Shown here: piece by piece, positions 24,061 to 36,188 of the stretch | Position numbering within the stretch: the stretch's first letter is position 1 | How the letters are laid out: each line of letters begins with the position of its first letter | From: Octopus vulgaris | Taxonomy: Eukaryota | Length of the DNA: 64,000 nt | NCBI GenBank assembly: GCA_951406725.2 | Contig: OX597838.1 | Span: 27,280,001 to 27,344,000 of the forward strand | Direction of reading: 5' to 3' | Notes under the pieces: generated by a model | What the model saw: the letters and a program-made list of their open reading frames with translations, nothing else | What the model was told of the DNA's origin: nothing | Database searches by the model: none | Made by a program: the position numbers and the translations under genes

Positions 24061-25398
24061 CTCTGCTCAGCAACCTGCTAAAAATAGCAGCATAGCCTCT
24101 GTCAAAAACTGCTCTCTACCATTTTTAAAAAAGAAAGATGCTTTGGCTAAAATCATCATGGACATAGAAAAAGGTGGGACAGTCATTGCTGGAACACCTT
24201 TGATCTGTTTATCTGCTTGATCAGGGCTAATTTGGAGCTATCTAACAACTTCAACAAGGTTTATAATTTTCTTTTTTTTTTTGCGTTATTATCATGTAAC
24301 CACCTTTCTGCCTCAGAAATGTCTTAAAGACATTAATCATAATTCTTAAATGTGACGGATAAAATTTATTGTTTTATGGTTACTTAAACAATCTCTGGTA
24401 CAAAATGGGAGAAGCCACATAGAAGCAGCTTGCTACATTCAGCCGATTTTCAAATACATCATCATTTTACATTAGTGACAACTAAGGCTAATTAAACTGA
24501 GTCAATCACTGTTTTATGGTATATTTTATGGACATAAAACAGTATGACTTAAGAACTTTTATAGACATAATGTGGATTCCACATGAGAGACTGTGGTTAC
24601 TATTACTAATTCAACTAACTTGATTTCCATTTTACTGTATCTTTTATAAACAGTAAAACACTGTGGTTTAGAATTTTTGTTGACAATTGAAGAGTCCAAC
24701 ATGCCATATCTACATGGACCCTTTTTGTAAAAGGGATCTTCATTGATGTAGAGCAGTGTTTCTCAACCTTTTTACCCTTGTGTAACCCTTAAAATAAATT
24801 ATATGCCTCAAGGAACCCAACAAGCTTCTTAACCACATAGCCTAAAATTAGAGGTTTTGCATCTTAATACCAGATATGGTTTTCAGCTGGGTTAGGGTTA
24901 AGGATTGGTTTCTTTTCTTGTTTAATTAGTTATTGTTTAGAATTGATGCATCAACTTAAGGGTTTGCAAAACCCCTTTCTTATCAAAACCTTTTAGTTCC
25001 TATTTCAAGTAACACTAAGCTCCCTGAGTTGTAAACAATTTACATTCAGTTCTTTTGAGATCTTGTTTTTTTTTTATCTTATGAGATAGTCAAAGGAGGA
25101 GGAGAAGAAGGAAGAGGAGGCAATGCTTATAACTTTTGTAAACGTTCCCAGATAGGTAAGATGGATTTATTGGTGTTCACTTTGTAGAAAAATGCCAGTG
25201 AATGAGGAGGGGATGGTGGTTATGGGAAGGAGGGAGAAGGAAATAATCCCAGGAAGGTGGTGACTCTGGAAAGGAAAGGAAAGTTTGGAAAAAATGTTCT
25301 TGGGTTGTGAGACTCAGCTAGGAATGGAAGGGGTGATCAGAAGAGTTGGGGTTAGTCAGACAGGTGGAGGAGTATGTCTTTAGAAACTTTAACCTTTT

Positions 25399-25626
25399 GG
25401 CGAGCTGGCAAAAACGTTAGCATGCCAGGCGAAATGCTTAGCAGTATTTCGTCTGTCGCTATGTTCTGTGTTCAAATTCCACCGAGGTTGACTTTGCCTC
25501 TCATCCTTTCGGGGTCGATGAAATAAGTACCAGTTACGCACTGGGGTTGATATAATCGACTTAATCCGTTTGTCTGTCCTTGTTTGTCCCCTCTGTGTGT
25601 AGCCCCCTGTGGGCAGTAAAGAAATA
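25399..25626 (+). mobile_element. SINE family B with 17-bp TSD
   Basis: Flanked by agaaactttaacctttt (25382-25398 and 25627-25643); inserted at the end of a P1 MITE. Confidence 0.92.
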
Positions 25627-26029
25627 AGAAACTTTAACCTTTTAGCATTTTAATCAGACATATACAGCCCAAATATTCTGTTATGTTCAGACTAGCCATA
25701 TTGGGCCTCTCACACTTGCCCTACAATGTCATTTTAAAAATAAATAATCATATCATTGAAATCTTGAAGCTATGAGATAGAGTCTGACTAATCTTGAAAG
25801 CAAGAGGAGCAGAAGGTGTAGCACTGAGTACCAGACATAAACATCACTGTTTGTGGCTGGGCTGCCACTAGTGACCTTTGCTGACAATACTTATCAGTGT
25901 ATTGTCCACAAGCTCTGCACTTTTGAATTTCTCACAGGGAGGGGGGGATTTTCCTTAAAAAAGTAATGAGATAGGTAGGTGTTGGTGACAGGAGGAGCAT
26001 TCATCTTCAAAAATCCTGTCTCAAATACA

Positions 26030-26195
26030 TCATCATCATCATCATCATCATTGTTTAATGTCCATTTTCCATGCTAGCATGGGTTGGACGGTTCGACCGG
26101 GGTCTGGGAAGCCAGGAGGCTGCACCAGGCTCCAGTCTGATCTGGCAGTGTTTCTGCAGCTGGATGCCCTTCCTAATGCCAACCACTCTGTGAGT
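26030..26195 (-). mobile_element. family C element
   Basis: (CAT)n tail, then ccatgctagcatgggttggacggttcgacc...cccttcctaatgccaaccactc. Confidence 0.85.
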
Positions 26196-26254
26196 ATCCT
26201 TGTTTAAACCATTCTAGCATGGAAAAAAGAATGTTAATTGAACAAAAGACTGTA

Positions 26255-26690
26255 TGTAGCTGTGTGGGATGAAGCTTCCTTCCCAACCATATGGCTCTGG
26301 GTTCAGTCCCACTGCGTGACACCTTTTGGGCAAGTGTTTTCTTCTATAGCCTCAGATTAACCAAAATCTTGTGAGTGGATTTGCCAGATGGAAATTGAAA
26401 GAAGGCCATCATTCATACATATATACATGCATGCATACATGTATGAGTATCTATGTGCATGTGTGTCTTTCTGTCTATGTTTGCACCCCACCCCCCATTA
26501 CCGCTTGACAATCGGTGTTGGTGTGTTTGCATCCCAGTAACTTAGTAGTTCGGCGAAAGAGACCAATAGAATATGTACTAGACTTTAAAAAAAAAAAGAA
26601 GTACTGAAGTCAGTTCATTCAACTAAAAATTAAAGGCAGTGCTCCAGCATGGCCGCAGTCTAATGGTTGAAACAAATGACAGATAAAAGA
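26255..26690 (+). mobile_element. SINE family A (older)
   Basis: Head, CORE-like block and gtgctccagcatggccgcagtc tail. Confidence 0.82.
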
Positions 26691-27219
26691 TAATATATAA
26701 TGGGTGAGTGAGAATGGAAGGGTTTATCATAAGACTATATATATATACAAACACACACACATACATATATATATATCACTGATTAAAAAGATAAATACTT
26801 TTTTCTATTAAAAAAGACCATTATGATCTAATTAATATTTCGTTTCTAACTTAACAAAAAGAGAAAATCACAGACTGAGTAATGTAATAAAATAGACAAA
26901 GGCAGTTAGAGTTTCTTTGATAAACTTTATAATAGTTAGTCTATTAAACAACTGTGTTAATTATAAGCAGCTATAGAATTAAAAATCATGTTTTTTCTCT
27001 CCCTGTATTGTTTCAGAGAGTGGTTTGTGTATTATTTTTTGCTCTTCAATGTTAATTTTCTTGGTTGTTTCTTAACGTTTCTGAGTTTCTGAATACCAAC
27101 ACATTGTAAAACAATACGCATGTGTGAGGTTTTTTTTTTTGTGTGTGTTAAAACCACTTTTGAATTTGTTTTAGGAGAGATTTAATTTTCTAATTAAATC
27201 CATATTTCATTATAATCAT

Positions 27220-27633
27220 GTGTGTATGAGTGTTCATATGCATGTGTGTGCACACACACACACATCAATAATATTGTTCACATGTATATATATGTGTGTT
27301 TGTATATATATATATATGTGTGTGTGTGTGTATCTATACATATGTATAGATGTGTATATATATGTATAGATGTTTGTGTGTATGTATATATATATATATA
27401 TATATATAGATGTGTGTGTGTATGTATATAGATGTGTGTGTGTATGTATATAGATGCGTATGTGTATATATATATATATATATATATAACGGGAAAGTTT
27501 ATGAAAATAAACAAAAGACGAAGGCAGGTGGAGTACAAACAAACAAATGTATTAGTGTAGCACTCAGGAATAGAAATAGAAAAAGTCTTTTACGTTTCGA
27601 GCCTACGCTCTTCGACGTGTGTGTGTATGTATG

Positions 27634-27667
<34 letters not shown>

Positions 27668-27835
27668 TGTGTGTGTGTATATATATATATAGAGAGAGAG
27701 ATGTGTGTGTGTGTATATATATAGATGTGTGTGTGTGTGTATATATATAGATGTGTGTGTATATATATAGATGTGTGTGTGTATATATAGATGTGTGTGT
27801 ATTTGTATATATAGATGTGTAATGTGTGTATGTAT
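27220..27835. repeat. compound (TA)/(TG)/TATAGATG microsatellite enclosing a Penelope-like remnant (27488-27616)
   Basis: Microsatellite seen directly; the embedded segment carries GTCGAAGAGCGTAGGCTCGAAACGTA on the minus strand. Confidence 0.8.
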
Positions 27836-28016
27836 AATGGGTGAATGAAAAGTGGAGGCGTGGTATCATCTGCGTAGAATACAGTGTAGTACCAATTACA
27901 AAGAATTAAAGAACAAAAAAAAAACAAACAAAAAAAGACACAGCAACACAAGATTTATTTGGTTTAATTAATATTTTGTTACTGACGTAAAAAAAGAAGA
28001 AAAAAGAAGCAAATAA

Positions 28017-28059
<43 letters not shown>

Positions 28060-28400
28060 CCAGTAAAGTATAATGAAAAAAAAAAAAAAGTGCTGTTAGA
28101 ATTTTATTTGATAAACTATTAAACAACTGCATTAACAACTGTCAATTAAACAACTACACTAATTAGAAATAACCAATGAATTATGTGAAAAAAACCAAAA
28201 TATTTCCTCTGTCTCTGCTTTTGAATATAATTCACATGTTAGTTTTCTACTTAATATCAATTTTCTTTGTTGATTCTTAACGTTTTCAATATTAACATGT
28301 TGAGGGGAAAAAAAGAGTATTTCTGTTAAGATCGGTTTCAGTTTGTAATATGTATTTGGTGAGATTTATGTTATTATTTAAAATCTATGTTTGATTTTAC

Positions 28401-28437
<37 letters not shown>

Positions 28438-28438
<1 letters not shown>

Positions 28439-28715
28439 CCTTTCTGTGAAAGGCACAAGACCTGAAATTTTTTGGGAGGAGACTAATCGATTACATTGAT
28501 ACTAGTGTTTCACTGGTACTTAATTTATTGACCCTGAAAGGATGAAAGTCGACCTTGGTGGAAATTGAACTCAGAATGTAGCGATGAGGGGAAAAAAAAA
28601 AATAATAATAATAATAATCTTTTCTACTCTAGGCACAAGGATCAAAATTTTTGGGGAGGGGCCAGTCGATTAGATCGACCCCAGTACGCAAATGGTACTT
28701 AATTTATCAACCTCT
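28438..28715 (-). mobile_element. two partial family B SINEs in (AAT)n tracts
   Basis: aggcacaag.cctgaaatttt.ggg..gactaatcgattacat..actggtacttaattt occurs twice. Confidence 0.78.
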
Positions 28716-28736
28716 GCAAGGCAAAACATAATGATG

Positions 28737-28784
<48 letters not shown>

Positions 28785-29180
28785 GCCAGGTGTGGCTGTG
28801 TGGTAAGAAGCTTGCTTCCCAACCGCATGAATCCGGGTTCAGTCCCACTGCGTGGCACCTTGGGCAAGTGTCTCCTACTATATCCTCAGGCCAGCCAAAG
28901 CCTTGTGAGTGGATTTGGTAGCCAGAAACTGAAAGAAGCCCGTCATGTATATAATATATATATATATGTTTGTGTGTCTGTGTTTGTCCTCCCACCATTG
29001 CTTGACAACTGATGTTGGTGTGTTTACATCCTCGTAACTTAACGGCTCAGCAAAAGAGACTGATAGAATAAGTACTAGACTTACAAAGAATAAGTCCTGG
29101 GGTCGATTTGTTCAACTAAAGGGTGGTGCTCCAGCATGGCTGCAGTCAAATGCCTGAAACAAGTAAAAAAGTAAAAGAGT
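28785..29180 (+). mobile_element. SINE family A, full length
   Basis: caggtgtggctgtgtggtaagaag...gcctgaaacaagtaaaaaagtaaaagagt. Confidence 0.9.
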
Positions 29181-30789
29181 CTCAATATTTAGCACAAGGT
29201 CGTCAATATTCTGGGGTGGGAATTAGTTAATTATAGGGATCTCCCAGTACATGACTGGTACCTTACTTTATCGATGCTGAAAGAATGAAAGGCAAAGTTT
29301 TTAGACTCACAATGTACATAGAAGGCAGAAATGCTGCTAAGCATTTTGTCCAGTGCAGTAATGATTCTGCTAGCTCACTGCTGCATATCATTATCTGGTT
29401 ATAATCTACCTGCAAATAAAAAAAAGTGTATAACCAAGGGAGATAAATCTAAGATGATCAAGGTTATCATTGCCCTATGAGGGACAAACAGAGAAAGATG
29501 AAGATACACTGCCAATCATATTACTTTAATATATATCTCCCTCTGTGACTATTGTCTTTCTACCTTTTGGTATCTCTCTCTGTCTTTCTCTCTATCTCTT
29601 GGGCATTCTCTTCCCCCGCCACCGTTTATCTCTCTTCTCTCCGTCTCTCTTTCTCTCTCACACACTTTCTTTCTAAAAACTGAATTGTTGAGTGAAATTA
29701 GTTTCCACTCTTGGCTCAGTGTTACATTTAATTATATAACATATTCCACACATTTACACATACATGCACTCACGCATATAAGGCTACTACTATCCTGTCC
29801 CCTCTCCAGCCCTGCCCACTGCAACATTCCAATATACTTTGAATGTTTTTATTTATTTAATCCTCCCCCTGTCTTTTGCCCACCATTTCTCTATCCTGTC
29901 TGTCTCTCTCTCTTTCTCTTCCTCTCTCTCCCCCCCTTTCTCTTCCTCTCTCTCTCTCTGTCTAACAAAGCAAAGAAGAAAAAAATTAAAGAAATGGTTT
30001 ATTGCTGGCTTTTCCTTGAATATTGATTTTTATTAGCTATGTATGTCGAGTTAATTAAGCAGTTGAACAAAGAAATTAAAAATTTTATAAAAAAAGAAAC
30101 AATAACGAAAAAAAAGTTGTAGAATTTTTTTGTAAGTTTTAAAAAAAAACCCAAAAATTATAAACATTAGCAATTGGAATTTCTTAACCTTTTATTGTAA
30201 TTTCGCTCCACCCCTCCCTCAGCATACTCACCACACCTTATATCTGAATATTATTATGACAAGCTTTTAACTTTTGTCATCAATATTTTTTTCTCTAGAA
30301 AACAAAAACAATCTTCCTACTACCAAAAAGAAAAAAAAAAAAGGAAAAGAAAATTAAAAATGAATAGAGTCTCTCCCCCCTCTCCAGCTCCCAGCATCAT
30401 CAACTCAGGTTGTTGGCTTTTAGCAGAAGACTTATTCTAAATTTTTATAAAGTCTTGTCAAAGCAGTTGTCTGTTTGTGAATTAAGAAAAAGGAATATGA
30501 GTGATTCTCGTTAACTATAAATAAGATGGCATCATCATTGTCATACACACACGTACGTGTTTGGTTAATGAGAAAGACGGAAAATGGAAGATATGAGAAA
30601 ATTTATTGATTGCTACATTTGTTTCGACCCATCTACCATTGATCCCTCATGGGTGGGATACTGAACATCTGGTTTAGGTGTATCTGTCGGTGTAGATGTG
30701 TCTCCTCGGGTGATTTCAAGATGTATCTCATTAAAATAACAATGTCTTCTCATTATTTGTAAGATTTATTTGCAAGATTTCTTCTTGGT

Positions 30790-31120
30790 ATCATCATCCT
30801 CATCATCGATTAACGACCGTTTTCCAGGCTGGCATTGGTTGGATGGTTTGACTGAGGTCTGGAGAGCCAGTGGCTGCACTAGGCTCCAATCTGGTCTGTC
30901 AGAGTTTCTACAGCTGGATGCCCTTCCTAACGCCAACCACTCTGAGAGTGTAGGGGATGCTTTTTGTGTGCCACTGACACAGGAGCCAGTGAGATGGGCC
31001 TGGCAACGATTGGTCATGATCGGTTGGTGCTTTTTATGTGCCACCAGCACCAGAGCCAGTAAAACGGGCCTGGCAACGAACACGTTCGGATGCTGTTTTT
31101 TACGTGCCACCAGCACAGGA
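30790..31120 (-). mobile_element. family C element
   Basis: (CAT)n tail, cccttcctaacgccaaccactc and three internal tgctttttaygtgccacc units. Confidence 0.82.
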
Positions 31121-31469
31121 GTCTGTTTCCTCTGGATGGTATGTCAATTCATTGCAGGATTACTCATTTTTACCTACTGAATTGAACTGGAGTAACATGA
31201 AATGAAGTGTTTTGCTCAAGAGCACAACACATTACCCAGTCCAGGAATCGAAGCCACAATTTTATGTTCATGAGTCCAACACCCTAACCATGTACCTTCA
31301 CTGTCAAATGTTATGCTTATTTATTCACATTGTTTTGAATTAATCATGCGTTATCTCATAGCTTTGAGATTTCAATGATGTAACTGTTAATGTTTTTGAA
31401 GGACATTGTAGGATAGGTGTGAGAAGCTGGATCTGGCCAGTTTGAACATACAACATCTGATATCTTTGT

Positions 31470-31671
31470 ATCTTTTACTTGTTTCAGTCATTTGACTGTG
31501 GCCATGTTGGGACACCTTACAGGATTTTTTAGTCGAACAAATTGACCCCAGGACTTTTTTTTTTAAAGCTTAGTAGTTATTCTATCAGCTCCCTTTTGCT
31601 GAACTGCTAAGTTACGGGGATGTAAACACACCGGCACTGGTTGTCATGTGGTGGTGGGGGACAAACAGATA

Positions 31672-31708
<37 letters not shown>

Positions 31709-31875
31709 TCACAATGGGCTTCTTTCAGTTTCCATCCAACAACTCCACTCACAAGGCTTTGGTTGGCTCCAGGCTGTGGTAGAAGACACTCGCCCAAGGT
31801 GCCATGCAGCGGGACTGAACCCAGAATCATGTGGTTGGGAAGTGAGCTTCTAACCACACGCCCACACCTGCACCT
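31470..31875 (-). mobile_element. family A SINE nested in a P1 piggyBac-like MITE
   Basis: The MITE sequence resumes after the SINE and ends in ctaaagggttaa at ~31929. Confidence 0.85.
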
Positions 31876-32277
31876 ATACATGCAGAATATCTGGCCCTGA
31901 TAAAGCTAGTTTAAATGCTAAAGGGTTAAAACGATTATAAAATGATGATACATACACAGTCGGACTCATAATAATAAATATATTGTAAGGTGAAAATGTC
32001 ATTGTTGGTGTGAGTTCCATGTTTTTCGTCTGCCAACTGAAGATCAAAAAAATGTTAGATTTGACGAAATGATTTGTGAAATTTTCAGCTCGTAATAAGC
32101 AGGATAACATTTTGTGTAACTCATTTTCCTGTTTTGTCATTTCTTCTTCATGGAATCCTTTGTATCATTTGTATTTGATATTTTAATCATACATGCACAC
32201 ACATACATGTATACAACCCCATTCCACACTTGTGTGTGTCTAATTCTCTTTCTCTATCTCTCTTTATATATATATAC

Positions 32278-32338
<61 letters not shown>

Positions 32339-32892
32339 CCTTTTTAGTATTCAAGATGGTGACGTTCTTTCTTCGTTTTTAAATAGAAATTTTTGCATCT
32401 TCATCTTCATTAGGATTGATTTTTTTTTTTTTGTTTTTGTGCAGCTTTCGTTTTTCTTATTTAATTAGCTATAAACTGTTAACAACTTCTTGCCATCAAG
32501 GGAAATATCGTTTAGTTTTTGCTTTGTTTTTTATTATTTTTTTTTATTTTATATTTTTTCTCATTTATTATTGTTGTTTGTTTTTTTGTAGTTGTGTTGT
32601 TGACCCAAGAGGATTTCCATTTTTCTTCTCAGTTTTATTTCCTTATCATTCATTTTCTGTCATGTTTCTATCGCAATGATAATTGACATGATAACCACAA
32701 TCACCGTTCATTGTCGTCGTCATCATCGTCGTCATCACAATCATCAGCATCACAAAATCGTAAGAGAGCTGCTGTCGTTATTATTTCCATCTGAGGAATT
32801 CCAATCAATTGAACGGAGAGTGATCTGTAATAAAAGAACACAAACAATGCGAAACCTCCTGCTATTTGAACTCAAGGCCACTGTCGTGATTC

Positions 32893-32974
32893 CATTGTCA
32901 CTGTGTTGCCGAGATTAGCTCCTTAGCGTCATTGTCACCACGTTGCCGAGATGAGCTCCTTAGTGACATTGTCA
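32893..32974. repeat. 37-bp tandem repeat (2.2 copies)
   Basis: cattgtcactgtgttgccgagattagctccttagcgt / cattgtcaccacgttgccgagatgagctccttagtga / cattgtca. Confidence 0.9.
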
Positions 32975-32982
32975 ACCTTGTG

Positions 32983-33015
<33 letters not shown>

Positions 33016-33290
33016 CCTCTGGGGGTATTGCGACACCATTGAGGTCTGTACCTTGGGGGGAACAGTGTCACACTGGTGAGGCCATTGTCTTAGGAATGAG
33101 TTTCTGTGTTTCTGTGACATTGTCGCACCAGGGACATTAGTGCCCCTTATTGCTTTAAAGCAGCCCATTCAAAAGAAGCCTTCATTGAAGCTGTGTCTCA
33201 TATTGTTGTCTGCCTTTTGAAGTGAAGAGTCACTCACGTCTAATAACTGAGATCTTTTAGAATTTAATCTTGACTGAGAGGGAAATATGG

Positions 33291-33739
33291 TTAACCCTTT
33301 TGTTACAGAGAAATATGGAAGGGGCAAAAGGGTTAAGCCTTTTGTTACCATAAATTTTGGAAATAATAAAGAATTTATAAAATCAATTTTGTCATTATTA
33401 AGCTGGTGTTTTAGAACATAAACTAACATGAAATTTTGGTGCAAGGTTTTATAACTTAGATCAGTGGTTCCCAAACGTTTTAGAGTCGCGACCCACTATT
33501 TATCACTCCAGTTTATGACGACCCACTTAACTCTACTGAACTATCTCGATAGACAGCAGTCAATCAAAGCTAATGCGTAATTATATAACTTTTTGCGACC
33601 CACTAAGATTCCGTTCGCGACCCACAGATGGGTCGCGACTCATAGTTTGGGAACCACTGACTTAGATCATTTTAAAACCAGAAGATTGTGTCATGGAACC
33701 GGAGGAAGTCTCAGGTAGATTTGAAATCAAAAGAGTTAA
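33291..33739 (+). mobile_element. piggyBac-like MITE family P2, interrupted by a hAT MITE
   Basis: ttaacccttttgttac ... tcaaaagagttaa. The same family occurs at ~49862-50065, ~56860-57490, ~59560-59720 and ~61470-62250 (reverse). Confidence 0.7.
33462..33659. mobile_element. hAT (Charlie-like) MITE, young
   Basis: Perfect TIRs CAGTGGTTCCCAAAC / GTTTGGGAACCACTG, perfect 8-bp TSD ACTTAGAT, and five CGACCC subterminal motifs. Confidence 0.95.
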
Positions 33740-34067
33740 GTCTGACGTAAATTGTAAACAGTGACATGGACTAGTGGTTAGGGTACTCAGCACATAATCA
33801 TAAGATTGTGGGTTCAGTTTCTGAACTGGGTAGTATTGTTGTGTTTAGGGAGAGTCAATATGTCAATAATAATAACACACACACACTGGTTCAATTCCAT
33901 TCTTTTATTATTAGTCAGTTGGTTAAATATCCAACTAACTAATTGACTGTTTAACCAAGTTAAACAAACAATTGATTAGTTAGTTGGCCGCTGCCTAGGC
34001 ACAACAAAATTTGTTTCAACACACAAATTCATGTAAAGAATCTTGTGAACCAGATACAAAAGCGAAG

Positions 34068-34102
<35 letters not shown>

Positions 34103-34574
34103 GCTTCTATCTATGTAAATATATATGCATGTATGCATACATATGTATGTATCCTTGTGTAAATGTATGTATGTGTTTATATATATAGATTTGTATGTAT
34201 GCATATATGTCTGTGAGTGTGTATAAGGAATAAAGGAAAAAAATTCAAAGAAATGGAAATCAATTTTGTTAACAATTTTATTAACAAGACATTTCACTGA
34301 TATAAACAAATTATTGGATTAAGCTATCTATGTACATGTATATGTGTATATGTATTATATCCTCCTATTTTCAAAGAATATTGAAAATATTTCTTTCATC
34401 TAGTTGAATACATTTTAGAAATTTTATCTCATTTTTTTTGTCTTTTCTTTTTTTTTTTCACCTCCGTAAACTGAAAATTTTGCATGATTAAATTTAATTA
34501 TATATGAATATAAAGATGGAAAAAGATTGACATATCTTAACAGCTGTGATATTCACATAGATGAATCAGAAATT

Positions 34575-34609
<35 letters not shown>

Positions 34610-34942
34610 ATTTTCAAAGCTCTATTTTACATGTGCATGTGTCCATGTATGTGTATGCGTGTCTGTATATATGTATGTATATTTGAATGATGAAATGTAC
34701 ATCAGTGCACTTAGTAATTCAAATATTGTTTTTTTTCCATAATTTTCTTAAAAAAAAAAAAGAAAGAAAATCTCTAAAGAAAAATAATTCAAATGTGGAA
34801 AGCGTTTTACCAGTGTTAAAATGACATTTCCGTTTGTCTCACAAAACTGCTGTTCAGCCAGGGACAGGTTTTGCTTGTTAGAAAGCTCCGAGTGATATCA
34901 GATCTGCTTCACAATTGAACAATGAATTCTGTTTTTTAGTAG

Positions 34943-35335
34943 ATGCAGGTATGGCTGTGTGTTAAGAAGTTTGCTTCCCAACCTCATGATCAGGGGTTCA
35001 GTCCCACTGTGTGGCACCTTGGCAAGTGTCTTCTACTACTACAACCCTGGACCGACAAAAGCCTTGTGAATGGATTTGGTAGACAAAAATTGAAGCCTGC
35101 CCTGTGTGTGTGTGTTCATGCATGCTATTGTCTCCTTACCTTGATATCACGTTTACATTGTTGTAAACGAGTCAAGTGGTGTCCTTTGTTTCCAGTCTTC
35201 TATGGAAACATGTCTGGTCATGGGAAAGATATTGCCTTGCTTGGAAATAAGTGAGGGTTGGTGACTGGAAGTGCATCCAGCCATAAGGCAAAATAATCTG
35301 TCTCAACAAATTCCGTCCTGTTCATACAAGCATGG
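34943..35335 (+). mobile_element. family A head with an alternative 3' body
   Basis: A-type head followed by cttgatatcacg..ttccagtcttctatggaaacatgtctggtcatggg. A similar composite lies at ~46490-46870. Confidence 0.7.
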
Positions 35336-35853
35336 CATATCATCATCATCATCATCATCATCATCATTTGACATCTGCCTTCCATGCTGGCATGGGTCAG
35401 ACAGTTTAACAGGAGCTGGCCAGGCAGAAAACTACACCAGGCTACTACTGTGTCTCTTTTGGCATGGTTTTTACAGCTGGATGCCCTTTGCCACCCACTT
35501 CAGTGTGGAGAGGATGCTATTTACATGGATGTTAAATGATGACCAAAGAAAAAAAAAAAAAAAAAAAAAAAAAGGCAGCAGTTTCGCAGAATCATTAGCA
35601 TGTTGGACAAAATGCTTAGCAGCATTTCTTCCAGCTCCATCTGTTCCGAGTTCAAATCTTGTTGGGGTGAAGTTTGCTTTTCACCCCTTCAGGGTTGACA
35701 GAATAAAGTATCAGTCAACTATTGGAGGCAATGTTATTCCACTTGTTCTCTTCCCTTAAGACTCCTTGCCTTGATGCCTGCAATGGACTGGCATCCAATT
35801 CAAGAGTAAATTTGTGATCTCAGTTACTTAAAAAAAAACAATAAAAAGAGTAG

Positions 35854-36188
35854 AGACCCCTTTTGGTCAAGAATGACCATGGGATTGCACCTAGAAAGTT
35901 CTCCTGCAAGGCACAAGTCCGGGCAATGTTGCTTATGGAAGACCAGCAGTCACCCATGCATACCAGCCTCCCCCCTCCACACCACTGATGTTATCTGAGG
36001 GAAAGGCAAAGGGGCAGATACAGCTTGGCACCAGTGACATTGCAACTCATTTCTACAGCAGAGTGAACTGGAGCAATGTGAAAATAAAGTGTCTTGCTCA
36101 AAGACACAACACAGCCTGGTCTAGATATCGAACTCACTACCTCATGATTTTGAACCCGACGCTCTAACCACTGAGCCATGCGCCTTCC
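35854..36188 (-). mobile_element. SINE family D, full length
   Basis: Minus strand GGAAGGCGCATGGCTCAGTGGTTAGAGCG (A box) ...GAGTTCGAT (B box); the body matches the 20876 copy. Confidence 0.88.

Noticed and set aside
25150-25385. Possible CR1-like LINE 3' end on the minus strand
   Set aside because: Only a vague resemblance, with multiple frameshifts; cannot be supported without a search.
36110-36188. tRNA gene
   Set aside because: A and B boxes are present but no complete cloverleaf; it continues into the family D SINE body.
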